This document shows, in pieces, positions 52,260 to 61,471 of a stretch of 64,000 nt of DNA. The first letter of the stretch is position 1, and each line of letters starts with the position of its first letter. Below the pieces are notes generated by a model. It ran no database searches, had not been told where the DNA came from, and saw only the letters and a list, made by a program, of their open reading frames with translations. The stretch comes from a virus (lineage: Duplodnaviria > Caudoviricetes): IMG/VR virus record IMGVR_UViG_3300022173_000189, positions 6,829 to 70,828 of that record. One strand, 5' to 3'. Both the position numbers and the translations under genes were made by a program.

Positions 52260-52575
52260 GGATTCGTTCTCCTGTGTTTTTGCGCACCTGCCGGGCGCGG
52301 TCATCCCACACTGCAATGGCCGATGGGGTCTTCTCGTTGGTCACTTCCAGCCCCTCCAGGTCGTGGTCCTTCAACCACTGCTGAATCAAGGGAAGCTGCT
52401 TCTCCCGGCTCTCGTCGGCGACGCGGGCCGTGAAGATTTTCACCTTCTTGCCTTCGCGGTGCCAGCGACGCACCCGGTCCATCATGGCCTGAATCGGCGC
52501 TCCAATGGTTTCGATGTCGCCATTGTACTTCGCCAGGGTTCCGTCCAGATCAACCAGGATGTGTTCGTCAGTCAT
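52219..52575 (-). CDS. HAD-family phosphatase (PNKP-phosphatase-like)
   Basis: VDLDGTL, IFTAR, TNEK, WDDRA. Confidence 0.85.
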   Translation of the reverse strand: MTDEHILVDLDGTLAKYNGDIETIGAPIQAMMDRVRRWHREGKKVKIFTARVADESREKQLPLIQQWLKDHDLEGLEVTNEKTPSAIAVWDDRARQVRKNTGERIRESRARTLIETLG

Positions 52576-52811
52576 TTTATGTCGAAACTAACTAGCTGAG
52601 AGCCATCGAAGTCGATGCCCAGGGACGGCCCGGACTTCACAATGTCCTCGTTGGACAGCTCGCGGCACTCCACCGGCACACCGTTCCAAAGCGGCGCTGC
52701 GGTGCGCTTAACGGCCATCCCCACCATCGCGAGCGGCGTCATCACGATTTTCTTGGGGAGGCATTTGTGGCGCTTCTGGTACTGCTCCACCATCTGGCTT
52801 AGTAGTTTCAT
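52572..52811 (-). CDS. Hypothetical protein
   Basis: 79 aa, ATGA-coupled. Confidence 0.6.
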   Translation of the reverse strand: MKLLSQMVEQYQKRHKCLPKKIVMTPLAMVGMAVKRTAAPLWNGVPVECRELSNEDIVKSGPSLGIDFDGSQLVSFDIK

Positions 52812-52971
52812 TCGTGTTCATCAAGTTCGAGGCATGTTCCTGCCAGCTTTCAATGAGCTGGCCCTGTTCCTGTAACAACCCGCACAGGATCATGATCGGG
52901 GCTACCCGGTTGGCTGCCTGCTGGCTGCGAAGTTTCAATACCAGGTGCTGCTTATCCAGTTCTTTGTTCAC
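52708..52971 (-). CDS. Hypothetical protein
   Basis: GTTCTTTA 4 nt before GTG; 3' end overlaps next ORF. Confidence 0.45.
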   Translation of the reverse strand: MNKELDKQHLVLKLRSQQAANRVAPIMILCGLLQEQGQLIESWQEHASNLMNTNETTKPDGGAVPEAPQMPPQENRDDAARDGGDGR

Positions 52972-52988
52972 GTTCTAAAGAACACATT

Positions 52989-54584
52989 ATGACGCCAGAC
53001 TTTTCTCTCGCCTACACAACCTGCCGCCCTCACCTCATCAAGCACGTCACCGACCTGTGGAACAGCCGTGGCCTGCGCCAGAGCCATGAGTTCATCATCG
53101 CCGTGGACAACGTGCCGGAGCTGGTCGCGGCAGCCATGACGGCAGCGCAGGGCGTGCCCAACGCCAAGGTGGTGATTCAGGACAGCCAGCCCTACGACTG
53201 CGTGAAGGGCTGGAACCTCGCCGCCGCGAACGCCACCGGCAAGGTCATCATCGCCGTGGCTGACGACTTTGTGCCACCGATGAACTGGGACCAGGGGCTG
53301 CTCGACCTTGAACCCAAGGGCTGGCAGGACGGCGAGTGGGTCGTTCACACCGAAGACGGCTACGTCCACGACATCTTCGTCCTGGGCATCATCACCCGCA
53401 AACGCTACGAGAAGTTCGGATACTTCTTCTACCCCGGCTACGAGTCGATGTTCTCCGACACCGAGCTGACGGTCACCGCCCAGCGCGACGGCGTGGTCAT
53501 CGAAGCCCGGCACCTGCTCTTCGAGCACATGCACCCGGATGCGGGCAAGCGCCAGCGCGACAGCGCCGACGTGCGCCATGCGTCCTCCGACCGCTGGAAC
53601 CGGGGCGAGATGCTCTTCAAATGGCGGCAGGCGCGTGGCTTCAAGGTGGACATGGGGCCGAAGGCCGCTCCTGAAGTGGCCGCTCCGCCAGCGCCGGTCA
53701 ATCAGCCCAGCGCCTCCGGCTACTCTGGGCTTGCTCCCGTACAGTCAGGCCGAAAGTGGGCAGCCTACATCCAGGTGACCAAGGACGAGTTCTTCCTGTT
53801 CGACATCTGTCAGCGGCTCTTCGAGGAGGGCGTGAAAGACTTCTTCTTCTGCATCCCCGACGAGTACTGGGCGGGCAATCCGACGCCGGAAGCTGACATC
53901 AAGGAGCTGATGAACATCGCAGCCCAGCTCGGCAACATCGGTGCCCGCGCCTGGACCAAAATCTTCGACGTGTCGGTCTATCGCTACCCTGGTGATACGC
54001 GCCTGCGCACCGAGACTCGCGTCCGCAACGACAGCCTGTGCTGGATTCGCTCACAAGGCTTCCGTGACATCCTGATTGTGGATAGCGACGAACTCTGGAT
54101 GCGCGGCACGCTCCAGGTCATCGAAGAGGCCGTGGCCCGTGGCGCAGTCGCCATCAGCTCGCCCATGATTCCGGTCATTGGCACGCCCGGCTACCCAGTT
54201 GAGCGCGCCACCGACGTGGCCATCGTTTACATCGGTGGCAATGCGGTGTTCCAGGAGTGCCGCTCGCCCATGATCAAGCCGGTCCAGCTTCAGATCCCCT
54301 ACGTCATCCACTTCACCGCCACGCGCCGCACCCTGGAAGAGACCATCATCAAGCTGCGCTCCTCCGGCCACTACGATGACCCGCAGTATGCCTTCGAGCT
54401 GTTCATCGAGAAGGTGCTGCCGAACATCAAGCCAGGCTTCACCTACACCTGGCCCACCGGCCACACCGGCCTGCATTTCTACCTGCCGTACCAAATCTGG
54501 CCTTCGGTGCGCAACTGGCGTGCTGAGGAGCGGAATCAGATCCCCAAGGCGCTCTGGCCGCACCTCGGTCAGATGCCCGAATAA
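52989..54584 (+). CDS. Two-domain GT-A (GT2-like) glycosyltransferase
   Basis: WNLAAANATGKVIIAVADDF, FSDTELT, FEHMHP; second domain ILIVDSDE. Confidence 0.82.
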   Translation: MTPDFSLAYTTCRPHLIKHVTDLWNSRGLRQSHEFIIAVDNVPELVAAAMTAAQGVPNAKVVIQDSQPYDCVKGWNLAAANATGKVIIAVADDFVPPMNWDQGLLDLEPKGWQDGEWVVHTEDGYVHDIFVLGIITRKRYEKFGYFFYPGYESMFSDTELTVTAQRDGVVIEARHLLFEHMHPDAGKRQRDSADVRHASSDRWNRGEMLFKWRQARGFKVDMGPKAAPEVAAPPAPVNQPSASGYSGLAPVQSGRKWAAYIQVTKDEFFLFDICQRLFEEGVKDFFFCIPDEYWAGNPTPEADIKELMNIAAQLGNIGARAWTKIFDVSVYRYPGDTRLRTETRVRNDSLCWIRSQGFRDILIVDSDELWMRGTLQVIEEAVARGAVAISSPMIPVIGTPGYPVERATDVAIVYIGGNAVFQECRSPMIKPVQLQIPYVIHFTATRRTLEETIIKLRSSGHYDDPQYAFELFIEKVLPNIKPGFTYTWPTGHTGLHFYLPYQIWPSVRNWRAEERNQIPKALWPHLGQMPE

Positions 54585-54613
54585 ATCCACGTTAAACAAT
54601 ACTGTTGACACCC

Positions 54614-55849
54614 ATGCAACCGAACAAATCACCGCATCATTCCACCTGGCACGTCGTCACGGTCAACTCCCCCGTGATGTGGCAGCGCAACGAGGACGAG
54701 ACCTGGCTGCTCAACCCCAAGCGCCGCTACATCCTCAACTCGGACCACATCGCGCATCTGAGCCAGTGGATTGAGTCGGTGTCGGACCTCGAAGGGATCG
54801 ACTGCTACCGCAAGCTCCAGGCCGGGCAGAACATCTCCAACGCCAACATCCTGGTGGAACGCTACCGCGACCGTGGCATCGGCGACCTGCTCTTTATGAC
54901 GGGGCCGCTCAACTACATCCACCACGTCAGCGGCGGCATGGCCAAGATCGACATGTATTCGCTCTCCGACCGTGGAGCCATCCTGACCGGCCACCCGGCC
55001 CTGCATCTGAAGACCACGCTGGCAGGCCCGCTCCAGCTTGAGGACTTCCAGCACTACCACTACCAGTGGATGGTCAATACTGTGACGGAGTGCAACGAGG
55101 AGGCCGACCAGTTGAACGTGTACGACGCGCTCTACCGCAACCTGGGCTTCGATCCGGCCAGTGTGCCCGCCGACTTCAAGCGGCCCAGCGCCGTCCTCAC
55201 GCCCGACGACGGCAAGCTGCTCGACCAGTTCCTCTATTTCATCTGGAACGAAAAGCAGTTGGACCTGCGCCGTACCGGCTACTACGTGGTCGCGCCGCTG
55301 GCCAATAGCAGCCTGCGTGGCAAGCCCTACAACGACTGGCTCGTGCTCATCAAGGAGCTATCAGCGCGCCGCCCCGTCATTGTGGTCGGAAGCCTGCATC
55401 AGCGCCTGCCTCAGATGGGCATCAGCGTGGGTGAGTTCAGTGCCCAGGTCGGACGCGTTAGCAACACGGTCATCAACGCGCTGGGAGCCACATCGCTGCG
55501 CATGTTGATGGCGGTGATCAACAAGGCCACCTGCGTCTTCTCCCTCGACAGCGCCTGCCTCTACATCGCCCAGTCGTTCCGCGTTCCGGCCATCTCCTAC
55601 TGGGGTCCGCACGACCCCGGCGTCCGCATCGGCTACGACAGGCAATACATGGACCTGGCGGTCTGGAACCACGAAGCCTGCGCGTCCTCGCCCTGCTTCG
55701 CCTACTCCGCGTTCCCGGCCCACAAGTGCCCGCTGGGCGACCGCCAGGTTGCCTGCGAATGCCTGTGCGGCATCCCGATGGAAAGCACGGTCCAGCGCCT
55801 GGACTTTGTGGAGAAGCAGCACGCGGTTCTTGAGTTCAAGAAATCGTGA
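54614..55849 (+). CDS. GT9-family glycosyltransferase (paralogue of 20460-21605)
   Basis: RGIGDLLF, FSLDSACLYIAQSFRVPAISYWGP, Cys-rich C-terminus. Confidence 0.88.
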   Translation: MQPNKSPHHSTWHVVTVNSPVMWQRNEDETWLLNPKRRYILNSDHIAHLSQWIESVSDLEGIDCYRKLQAGQNISNANILVERYRDRGIGDLLFMTGPLNYIHHVSGGMAKIDMYSLSDRGAILTGHPALHLKTTLAGPLQLEDFQHYHYQWMVNTVTECNEEADQLNVYDALYRNLGFDPASVPADFKRPSAVLTPDDGKLLDQFLYFIWNEKQLDLRRTGYYVVAPLANSSLRGKPYNDWLVLIKELSARRPVIVVGSLHQRLPQMGISVGEFSAQVGRVSNTVINALGATSLRMLMAVINKATCVFSLDSACLYIAQSFRVPAISYWGPHDPGVRIGYDRQYMDLAVWNHEACASSPCFAYSAFPAHKCPLGDRQVACECLCGIPMESTVQRLDFVEKQHAVLEFKKS

Positions 55850-56322
55850 AACCAAAGCTCCCAAGTGTCGGCAAGCTTCGTCTCGGCGAAGACGATGATG
55901 TCATCGACCTGGACTACTACTTGTCCCAGGACTACGAGGACATCGTGGCTGCCAGCCAGGAGCTGCCTGCGCTCATCGAGTGGATCAACGCCCGCCTGCA
56001 AGAAAACATCGAGCTGAAGATCATCACCAAGCAGAAGATCCGCAACGTGGAGGCGAAGGTCTTTTTCAACCTGAAGAATGGCGATTTCATCGAGAAGGGC
56101 TACGGCCCGAAGATGACGGACAAGGCGCTCGAACGCGCCATCGCCCTCGATCCAAAAGTTGAAAGAGTGTGGGAAGACTTCGCCGTTCTTAGCGGGTGGG
56201 TCAGCCGGTTGCAAAACCTGCTGAGTAGCTTTCAGGCCAAGCTCGATCTCGTCCGCAGCAGTGAAGCGACACGCAGAAAACTTGAGCCTGATGAAAACAA
56301 TGATGATGACGACCGTTCTTAA
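55846..56322 (+). CDS. UvsY-like recombination mediator
   Basis: Helical 158-aa protein directly upstream of gp32 and RecA; MTDKALERAIALD. Confidence 0.55.
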   Translation: MKPKLPSVGKLRLGEDDDVIDLDYYLSQDYEDIVAASQELPALIEWINARLQENIELKIITKQKIRNVEAKVFFNLKNGDFIEKGYGPKMTDKALERAIALDPKVERVWEDFAVLSGWVSRLQNLLSSFQAKLDLVRSSEATRRKLEPDENNDDDDRS

Positions 56323-56346
56323 CAGTAAACAAACACAAACCCAGTT

Positions 56347-57951
56347 ATGCTGACAACCCTACCCTCCAATATCATGGCCAACATCGCGAAGGAGACGCGA
56401 TACATCGACACCACCGGCCATAAGACCCGTTCGATCAAGCTCAACAAGGGCGACTCCTGGTTGATCCGCTTCATCCCGAAACTGATGGGCAAAGCGCCTG
56501 ACCAGATGTTCTACGCCCGCGTCGCCAAGCACTGGATGAACAAGAAGCCCGTCACCTGCCCGCGTCATACGGACGTGGCCTTCGGTGGCGACCCCCACGC
56601 CTACTGCCCGGTCTGCGAAGTGGCGGAGAAGCTGATGGACAGCTCGAACAAGGCCGAGGCGGACTACGCCTACTCCTGTCGCGCCTCCAGCCAGTGGCTC
56701 CTGTGGTGCATTGTGCTGGAGAAGGGCAAGGGCGAGGCCGAACCGCTCTCCGAGGTGCTCGCACCGTACGAGTTCTGGATGTACAAGCCCATCTACGAGG
56801 AGTTCATTGGCTACTTCAAAAACAATCTGCGCCGCACGCCGATGTCGATCTTCGACTACAAGCTGGGCAACGACTTCGCGGTGACCAAGACGGCCAAGGG
56901 CACGCGCCTGGACAAGCAGGACAGCGGTCCAATCTTCGACCTGGACGACAAGAAGTTCGAGGCCAACATCGACAAGATTGAGGCGGCGTGCAAGGAACCC
57001 AAGCCGCCCAAGGCGACGGAGAAGGCGCTCGAAGAGTTTGCAGACAAGCTCGAAGAGAACGCGAACAAGGCCCGCAATGGCCGCTCCACTGATGAAGGTG
57101 ACGAGCGTGGCAGCCGCCGTGGTGGCGGTGGTGAAAGCCGTCGCAATGCCGACGTGGAAGAACAGGACGAGCAGCCGGTGGCCCGTGGTCGTCGTGCCGC
57201 TCCTGCGGATGAACCGGATGAACCGGAAACCGAGACCGAAGTGGAAGCGGAAGCTGAACCTGAAGAACAGGCTCCTCCGCGCCGCCAGGCCCGCGCCGCC
57301 GCTCCCGCTGAGCAGGAAGACACCGCGCCGCCTCAGCCGCGCCGCGCCCGTCCGGCTGCCACTGAAGAGCCAGCCGAACAGCCGGTCAGTCGTCGGCGTG
57401 CTGCTCCCGTGGAAGCTGAACCCGAACACGAGCAGGACGCGGATGCAGAGTCAGACGCCGACGCTGAAGCAGACGCTGGCGTAGCCCCGGCCCGCGCCGC
57501 CGCTCCGACCAAGACACCGCCTCCGGTCAGCCGCCGCACTCCGCCGCCCGCTGCCTCGCGTGCTCCCGTGGAAGCGTCGGACGACGACGCCAACCAGCAG
57601 GCTGACGAGACACCGGCTGCTCCGCGCCGTACTGCCGCCGCTGCCCCGCCGCAACGCCGCGCAGCTCCCGCTGCCGCTGCCGACGAAGCTGAAGCTGAGC
57701 AGCCGGTTGCACGCCGACCGATGGCCCGCACATCAGCCGCCGAGCCGGTGGACGAAGACGAAAACGTGCCGGAAGAAGCCACCGACGCTGCGCCTCCTAC
57801 CAAGGAAGACGCTGACGTGGACGAAACGCCGGTACCTCGGCGCACAGCCGCCGCTCCTGCACGCCCAGCCGTGGCAGGTGCCCGGTCGGCTGCTCCTACG
57901 GGCGCGGCCAGCAGCCGCCTGATGAGCCGCATCACCTCCGCAGCCAAATAG
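56347..57951 (+). CDS. gp32-like single-stranded DNA-binding protein with very long disordered tail
   Basis: LIRFIP..FY..V..HW..VTCP..CPVCE..FD..GNDF.V.K. Confidence 0.8.
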   Translation: MLTTLPSNIMANIAKETRYIDTTGHKTRSIKLNKGDSWLIRFIPKLMGKAPDQMFYARVAKHWMNKKPVTCPRHTDVAFGGDPHAYCPVCEVAEKLMDSSNKAEADYAYSCRASSQWLLWCIVLEKGKGEAEPLSEVLAPYEFWMYKPIYEEFIGYFKNNLRRTPMSIFDYKLGNDFAVTKTAKGTRLDKQDSGPIFDLDDKKFEANIDKIEAACKEPKPPKATEKALEEFADKLEENANKARNGRSTDEGDERGSRRGGGGESRRNADVEEQDEQPVARGRRAAPADEPDEPETETEVEAEAEPEEQAPPRRQARAAAPAEQEDTAPPQPRRARPAATEEPAEQPVSRRRAAPVEAEPEHEQDADAESDADAEADAGVAPARAAAPTKTPPPVSRRTPPPAASRAPVEASDDDANQQADETPAAPRRTAAAAPPQRRAAPAAAADEAEAEQPVARRPMARTSAAEPVDEDENVPEEATDAAPPTKEDADVDETPVPRRTAAAPARPAVAGARSAAPTGAASSRLMSRITSAAK

Positions 57952-57954
57952 CTT

Positions 57955-59274
57955 ATGGCCAAGGCGAAAACCAAAGATGATCTGACGAGCAGCATCATTG
58001 CTGGCATCCGGTCAGTGTCTCCAAAGAAAGACGGTGCCAACGGGTTGGTGGACATCGGTCGCAGCACTGACAAGATCCTCAATCGGGTTTCGCATGTCCT
58101 GAAAACGGGGATCGCCGCCTTCGATGAACTCACGGGCGGCATCCCTTTCGGGAAGATTGTTGAAGTTTACGGCCTAGAGTCCTGTGGCAAGACCAACCTT
58201 GCCCTGCGCCTGGCCTACAACGCACAGATCAAAAACATCCACACCATCACCCGCGAGGACGATGGCTCCAAGTCAGAGACGGTCGTTGACCCGAAGACCT
58301 GTGACGTGGCCGTGCTCTACATCGACAACGAGCAGAGCCTGGACGACGACGAGAAGCAGGTGGTCAACGGCGTGACCCTGGACCTGGCCATCGCGTCCTG
58401 CGACACGGTGGACATCATGTTCAAGATCATCGAGAACGCCGTGAGCAAGACGGAGGAGCGCGAGCTAAAGACGGGACGCCCACAGTTCCTGGTCGTGGTC
58501 GTGGACACCATTGCCTCCACGTCGAGCAAGGAGGAGCTGTCAGCGGAGTGGGGCAAGGACGACTACTCGCGCCAGGCCAAGCAGCTCCGCAAGGGATTCC
58601 GCATCCTCAATCGCCGGTTTAGCCGGGCCAACGTCTGCGCGGTCTTCACCAACCAGGTGAGCGACAAGTTCGGGGACGCGGGCGCGAAGGGACGGCCCAA
58701 GTCCATCAACCCGGCAGAGCTGGACTTCACCAGCTTCGGCGGGAAGGCGCTGCGCTACTACAGCACCCACCGGATTTTCATGTTCCGGCTGATGAGCAAG
58801 TACCGCATCCACGAGAAGCATCAGTTCGCCGATGGCTTCCTGGTCGGCTTCTACACGACGAAGAATCGTCTGCGCAAGCCCTGCCGCGAGGGCCGCATGG
58901 CGCTGCTCTTCGACACGAAAAACGGAGGTCTCAACGACCTCTACTCCAAGCTGGAGACGATGACCTACCTCAAGGCCATTGAATACGACGACGGCGAACT
59001 GAAGTTCAAGTTCAAGAGCCTTGGGATCAAGACCACGACGTTCGCGGCCAAGGTCACAACGCTGGAGGAGGACGACAGGACGGTGAGCAACCGGCGCGAC
59101 CCGTCCATCAAGAGGGCCGAGTGGCCGCAATTTTACCAAGACCACAAGGCTGACTGTGATCTGCTCTGGACCAAGGCGATTAGCATGGCCTTTGCAGACC
59201 GCCCTGACGCCGACGTGGAAATTAACGACGACACCGACATCGACGACGACAACGACCCCGAAGACAAGGACTAA
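57955..59274 (+). CDS. recA: RecA/UvsX-like recombinase
   Basis: TG..FDEL.GGIPFGKIVEVYGLESCGKT, YIDNE, VVDTIA, FTNQV, GGKALRYYS. Confidence 0.95.
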   Translation: MAKAKTKDDLTSSIIAGIRSVSPKKDGANGLVDIGRSTDKILNRVSHVLKTGIAAFDELTGGIPFGKIVEVYGLESCGKTNLALRLAYNAQIKNIHTITREDDGSKSETVVDPKTCDVAVLYIDNEQSLDDDEKQVVNGVTLDLAIASCDTVDIMFKIIENAVSKTEERELKTGRPQFLVVVVDTIASTSSKEELSAEWGKDDYSRQAKQLRKGFRILNRRFSRANVCAVFTNQVSDKFGDAGAKGRPKSINPAELDFTSFGGKALRYYSTHRIFMFRLMSKYRIHEKHQFADGFLVGFYTTKNRLRKPCREGRMALLFDTKNGGLNDLYSKLETMTYLKAIEYDDGELKFKFKSLGIKTTTFAAKVTTLEEDDRTVSNRRDPSIKRAEWPQFYQDHKADCDLLWTKAISMAFADRPDADVEINDDTDIDDDNDPEDKD

Positions 59275-59276
59275 CC

Positions 59277-59759
59277 ATGCCCATCGAATACTACGCAGAC
59301 CCTGCACTGACCGAGCTGGTGAACAGCGTGCTCGAAGACAAGGCGCACACTGAGTTCAAGCCGATCCTGGAACACAGCATCTCCATCGGGAGCTGCTTCA
59401 AACTGAGCACCGACAAAGAAGGCGAACCGAAGGCAGGCACTGGCCCGACCGTGGTCGTGCAGAAAGTCTCACCGACCAACCGTATCTTCTCGGAAGCTGA
59501 CTACCTGCTCGTCATGGACGCGCACGCCTACAACGGCGCAACGCCTCACCAGCAGCGGGCGATGATCCATCATGGCCTGATGAAAATCTCCGTGGAGGAG
59601 AAGAACGGTCATGTGAAGAAGGGAATGCGCAAGCCGGACATCGTGGAGTTCAACACCACGGTCACGCGCTTCGGAACGTACACCGAGGATCTGCTCGGAC
59701 TCAAAGGCGTATTCGACGAGGTGCTGGGGAACATCAGCACGCTGCCCAAGAAAAAGTGA
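59277..59759 (+). CDS. Phage metallopeptidase-like protein (degenerate HExxH)
   Basis: DYLLVMD..QQRAMIHHGL..KPDIVEF..V.RFG. Confidence 0.65.
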   Translation: MPIEYYADPALTELVNSVLEDKAHTEFKPILEHSISIGSCFKLSTDKEGEPKAGTGPTVVVQKVSPTNRIFSEADYLLVMDAHAYNGATPHQQRAMIHHGLMKISVEEKNGHVKKGMRKPDIVEFNTTVTRFGTYTEDLLGLKGVFDEVLGNISTLPKKK

Positions 59760-59867
59760 ACAGACTGTTAGCATCTTGTGCGCAGTTTTATCTCGCCCTT
59801 GATGCGGCAGACCTATAGCAAAGTAGCCGAGCATCGAACCGCACCAACAAACCAAAGAAATATCGCT

Positions 59868-60461
59868 ATGTCATTGGACGAGAGCACGAAGCATCCTTCC
59901 TTCATTCGCTACCAGCGGGTGGAGACGATCCTCAAGACAGAGCCTGCATTCAGGGCAAAAGTCGCCATAAAGACCGAGATTGTGATGAAGCCAGACGGCA
60001 AGCAGCACAAGTTCTCGGAAGGCGTCGTGAAGACGACCGAAGCCATCCACGCGGCTGGCCTGGACCCTTACAGCATTGCGCGTGGTGAAGTCATCAAGTA
60101 TGCCATGAAAGTCATTGGCATCGGAGCAGTCAATAACAATGGACAAGCAGAAGTGCAGGCTTCACCTTTGTCCCCACCGAGACCAGCAGCCAAGACTAAA
60201 CCGAAGCCCGCAGCCAAGGTTGTCGCCAAGCCCGCAGTCAAAGCAAAGCCTGAGAAGTCTGTGCCAGCCGCCGAAACAAAACTGCCCGCAGCGCCGAGTG
60301 AACCGAAGGACGACATGCTCTGTCCTGAAGTGGCCGTTTACAGCATGTTGATGGGGGCACGCACGCTGGCCGAGAAGCACGACAAGAAGGCAGGCTTCGA
60401 GAAGCGCATGAAGGCTCTCGAAACGCTGGCCAAGGAGTTCCGGGATCTGGCCAAGATTTGA
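59868..60461 (+). CDS. Hypothetical protein with K/P/A-rich linker
   Basis: ORF from MSLDESTK. Confidence 0.7.
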   Translation: MSLDESTKHPSFIRYQRVETILKTEPAFRAKVAIKTEIVMKPDGKQHKFSEGVVKTTEAIHAAGLDPYSIARGEVIKYAMKVIGIGAVNNNGQAEVQASPLSPPRPAAKTKPKPAAKVVAKPAVKAKPEKSVPAAETKLPAAPSEPKDDMLCPEVAVYSMLMGARTLAEKHDKKAGFEKRMKALETLAKEFRDLAKI

Positions 60462-61471
60462 TGCGCAAAAAGACCACCAAATCCACGAAGCCCGCCAAGC
60501 CCCAGAGCGAGCACATCTTCGCTGCCTCCCAGCTCACGCCGCTGGCCGTCCGTTGGAAGGAACTCAACGCGGCCAAGCGGCACAAGGAGGCAATGGAGGT
60601 GCTGGAGCAGATCGTCATTGGCAGCACGGCGATGTTCGAGCGGCTGGCCCAGTACGAGGACTACCACTACACGGTGGACCTCCCGATGCTGGTGTCAGCC
60701 GCGCAGGAGAAGGTGGTGAAGTGGCTGCTGCGCTGGCAGCCGCGCAAGGGCCGGTTGTTCTCATGGTTCAGCAAGTGCGCCAAGAACGCGTTCCGCTCGG
60801 AGGTGGTCAAGGTCAGCCAGTATCGCAAGCGTTTCCACGTCACCAGCGACAACCTGGAAAAGTTCTACGGGATGGACGACCACGAGGTCAACAAGCTCGA
60901 CCTCGCCAGGGATGTCCGCAGCCGCATCGACGCCATGACCTGCCGGTGGGGCGACCCGCAGGAGATTGGAGCCGTCCGTTTCCTGATCGAGTCCATCATA
61001 ATGGACGATCACGACAAGCACGCAGCGGTCAAGAGCGCGGCCTGCGCCTGGGGCATCAGCCTCGAACTCTCCCGCTTCTTCTACAACTGGTCGCTCGTCG
61101 CCCTGCGCCAGCAGCTCTATGAGAAGGCCCGCGTCCCGTTCACGGAGCAAGACCTCATCCGGGCCGCGCACAGCTACACCTTCCTGCCTGATCTGATCGA
61201 CATCATCGGCGTGGACCAGACCAGGAAGCTCATCGCCATCATGGGCGGAAGCCGCTTCCGTCTCCCCACGATGGCGTCCATCACCAAGCTCAAGGACGAT
61301 CATCAGCTTCACCACGAGCTGGCGATCAGTGACCAAGATCCTGATTCCTTTGCTGGCGTTGCTCGCAAACGCAAGCGAACTCTGCGGACAGCAGAGCAGA
61401 TATTCCACGAAATGACCGATACCATTGACCCTCGCCGGTCTGGAGAGCACGAGATATATGGCAACGACTGA
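60461..61471 (+). CDS. Sigma-factor-like protein (region 2) fused to Mor-like domain
   Basis: DLPMLVSAAQEKVVKWLLRWQPRKGRLFSWFSKCAKNAF; DIIGVDQTRKLIAIMGGSRFRLP. Confidence 0.65.
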   Translation: MRKKTTKSTKPAKPQSEHIFAASQLTPLAVRWKELNAAKRHKEAMEVLEQIVIGSTAMFERLAQYEDYHYTVDLPMLVSAAQEKVVKWLLRWQPRKGRLFSWFSKCAKNAFRSEVVKVSQYRKRFHVTSDNLEKFYGMDDHEVNKLDLARDVRSRIDAMTCRWGDPQEIGAVRFLIESIIMDDHDKHAAVKSAACAWGISLELSRFFYNWSLVALRQQLYEKARVPFTEQDLIRAAHSYTFLPDLIDIIGVDQTRKLIAIMGGSRFRLPTMASITKLKDDHQLHHELAISDQDPDSFAGVARKRKRTLRTAEQIFHEMTDTIDPRRSGEHEIYGND

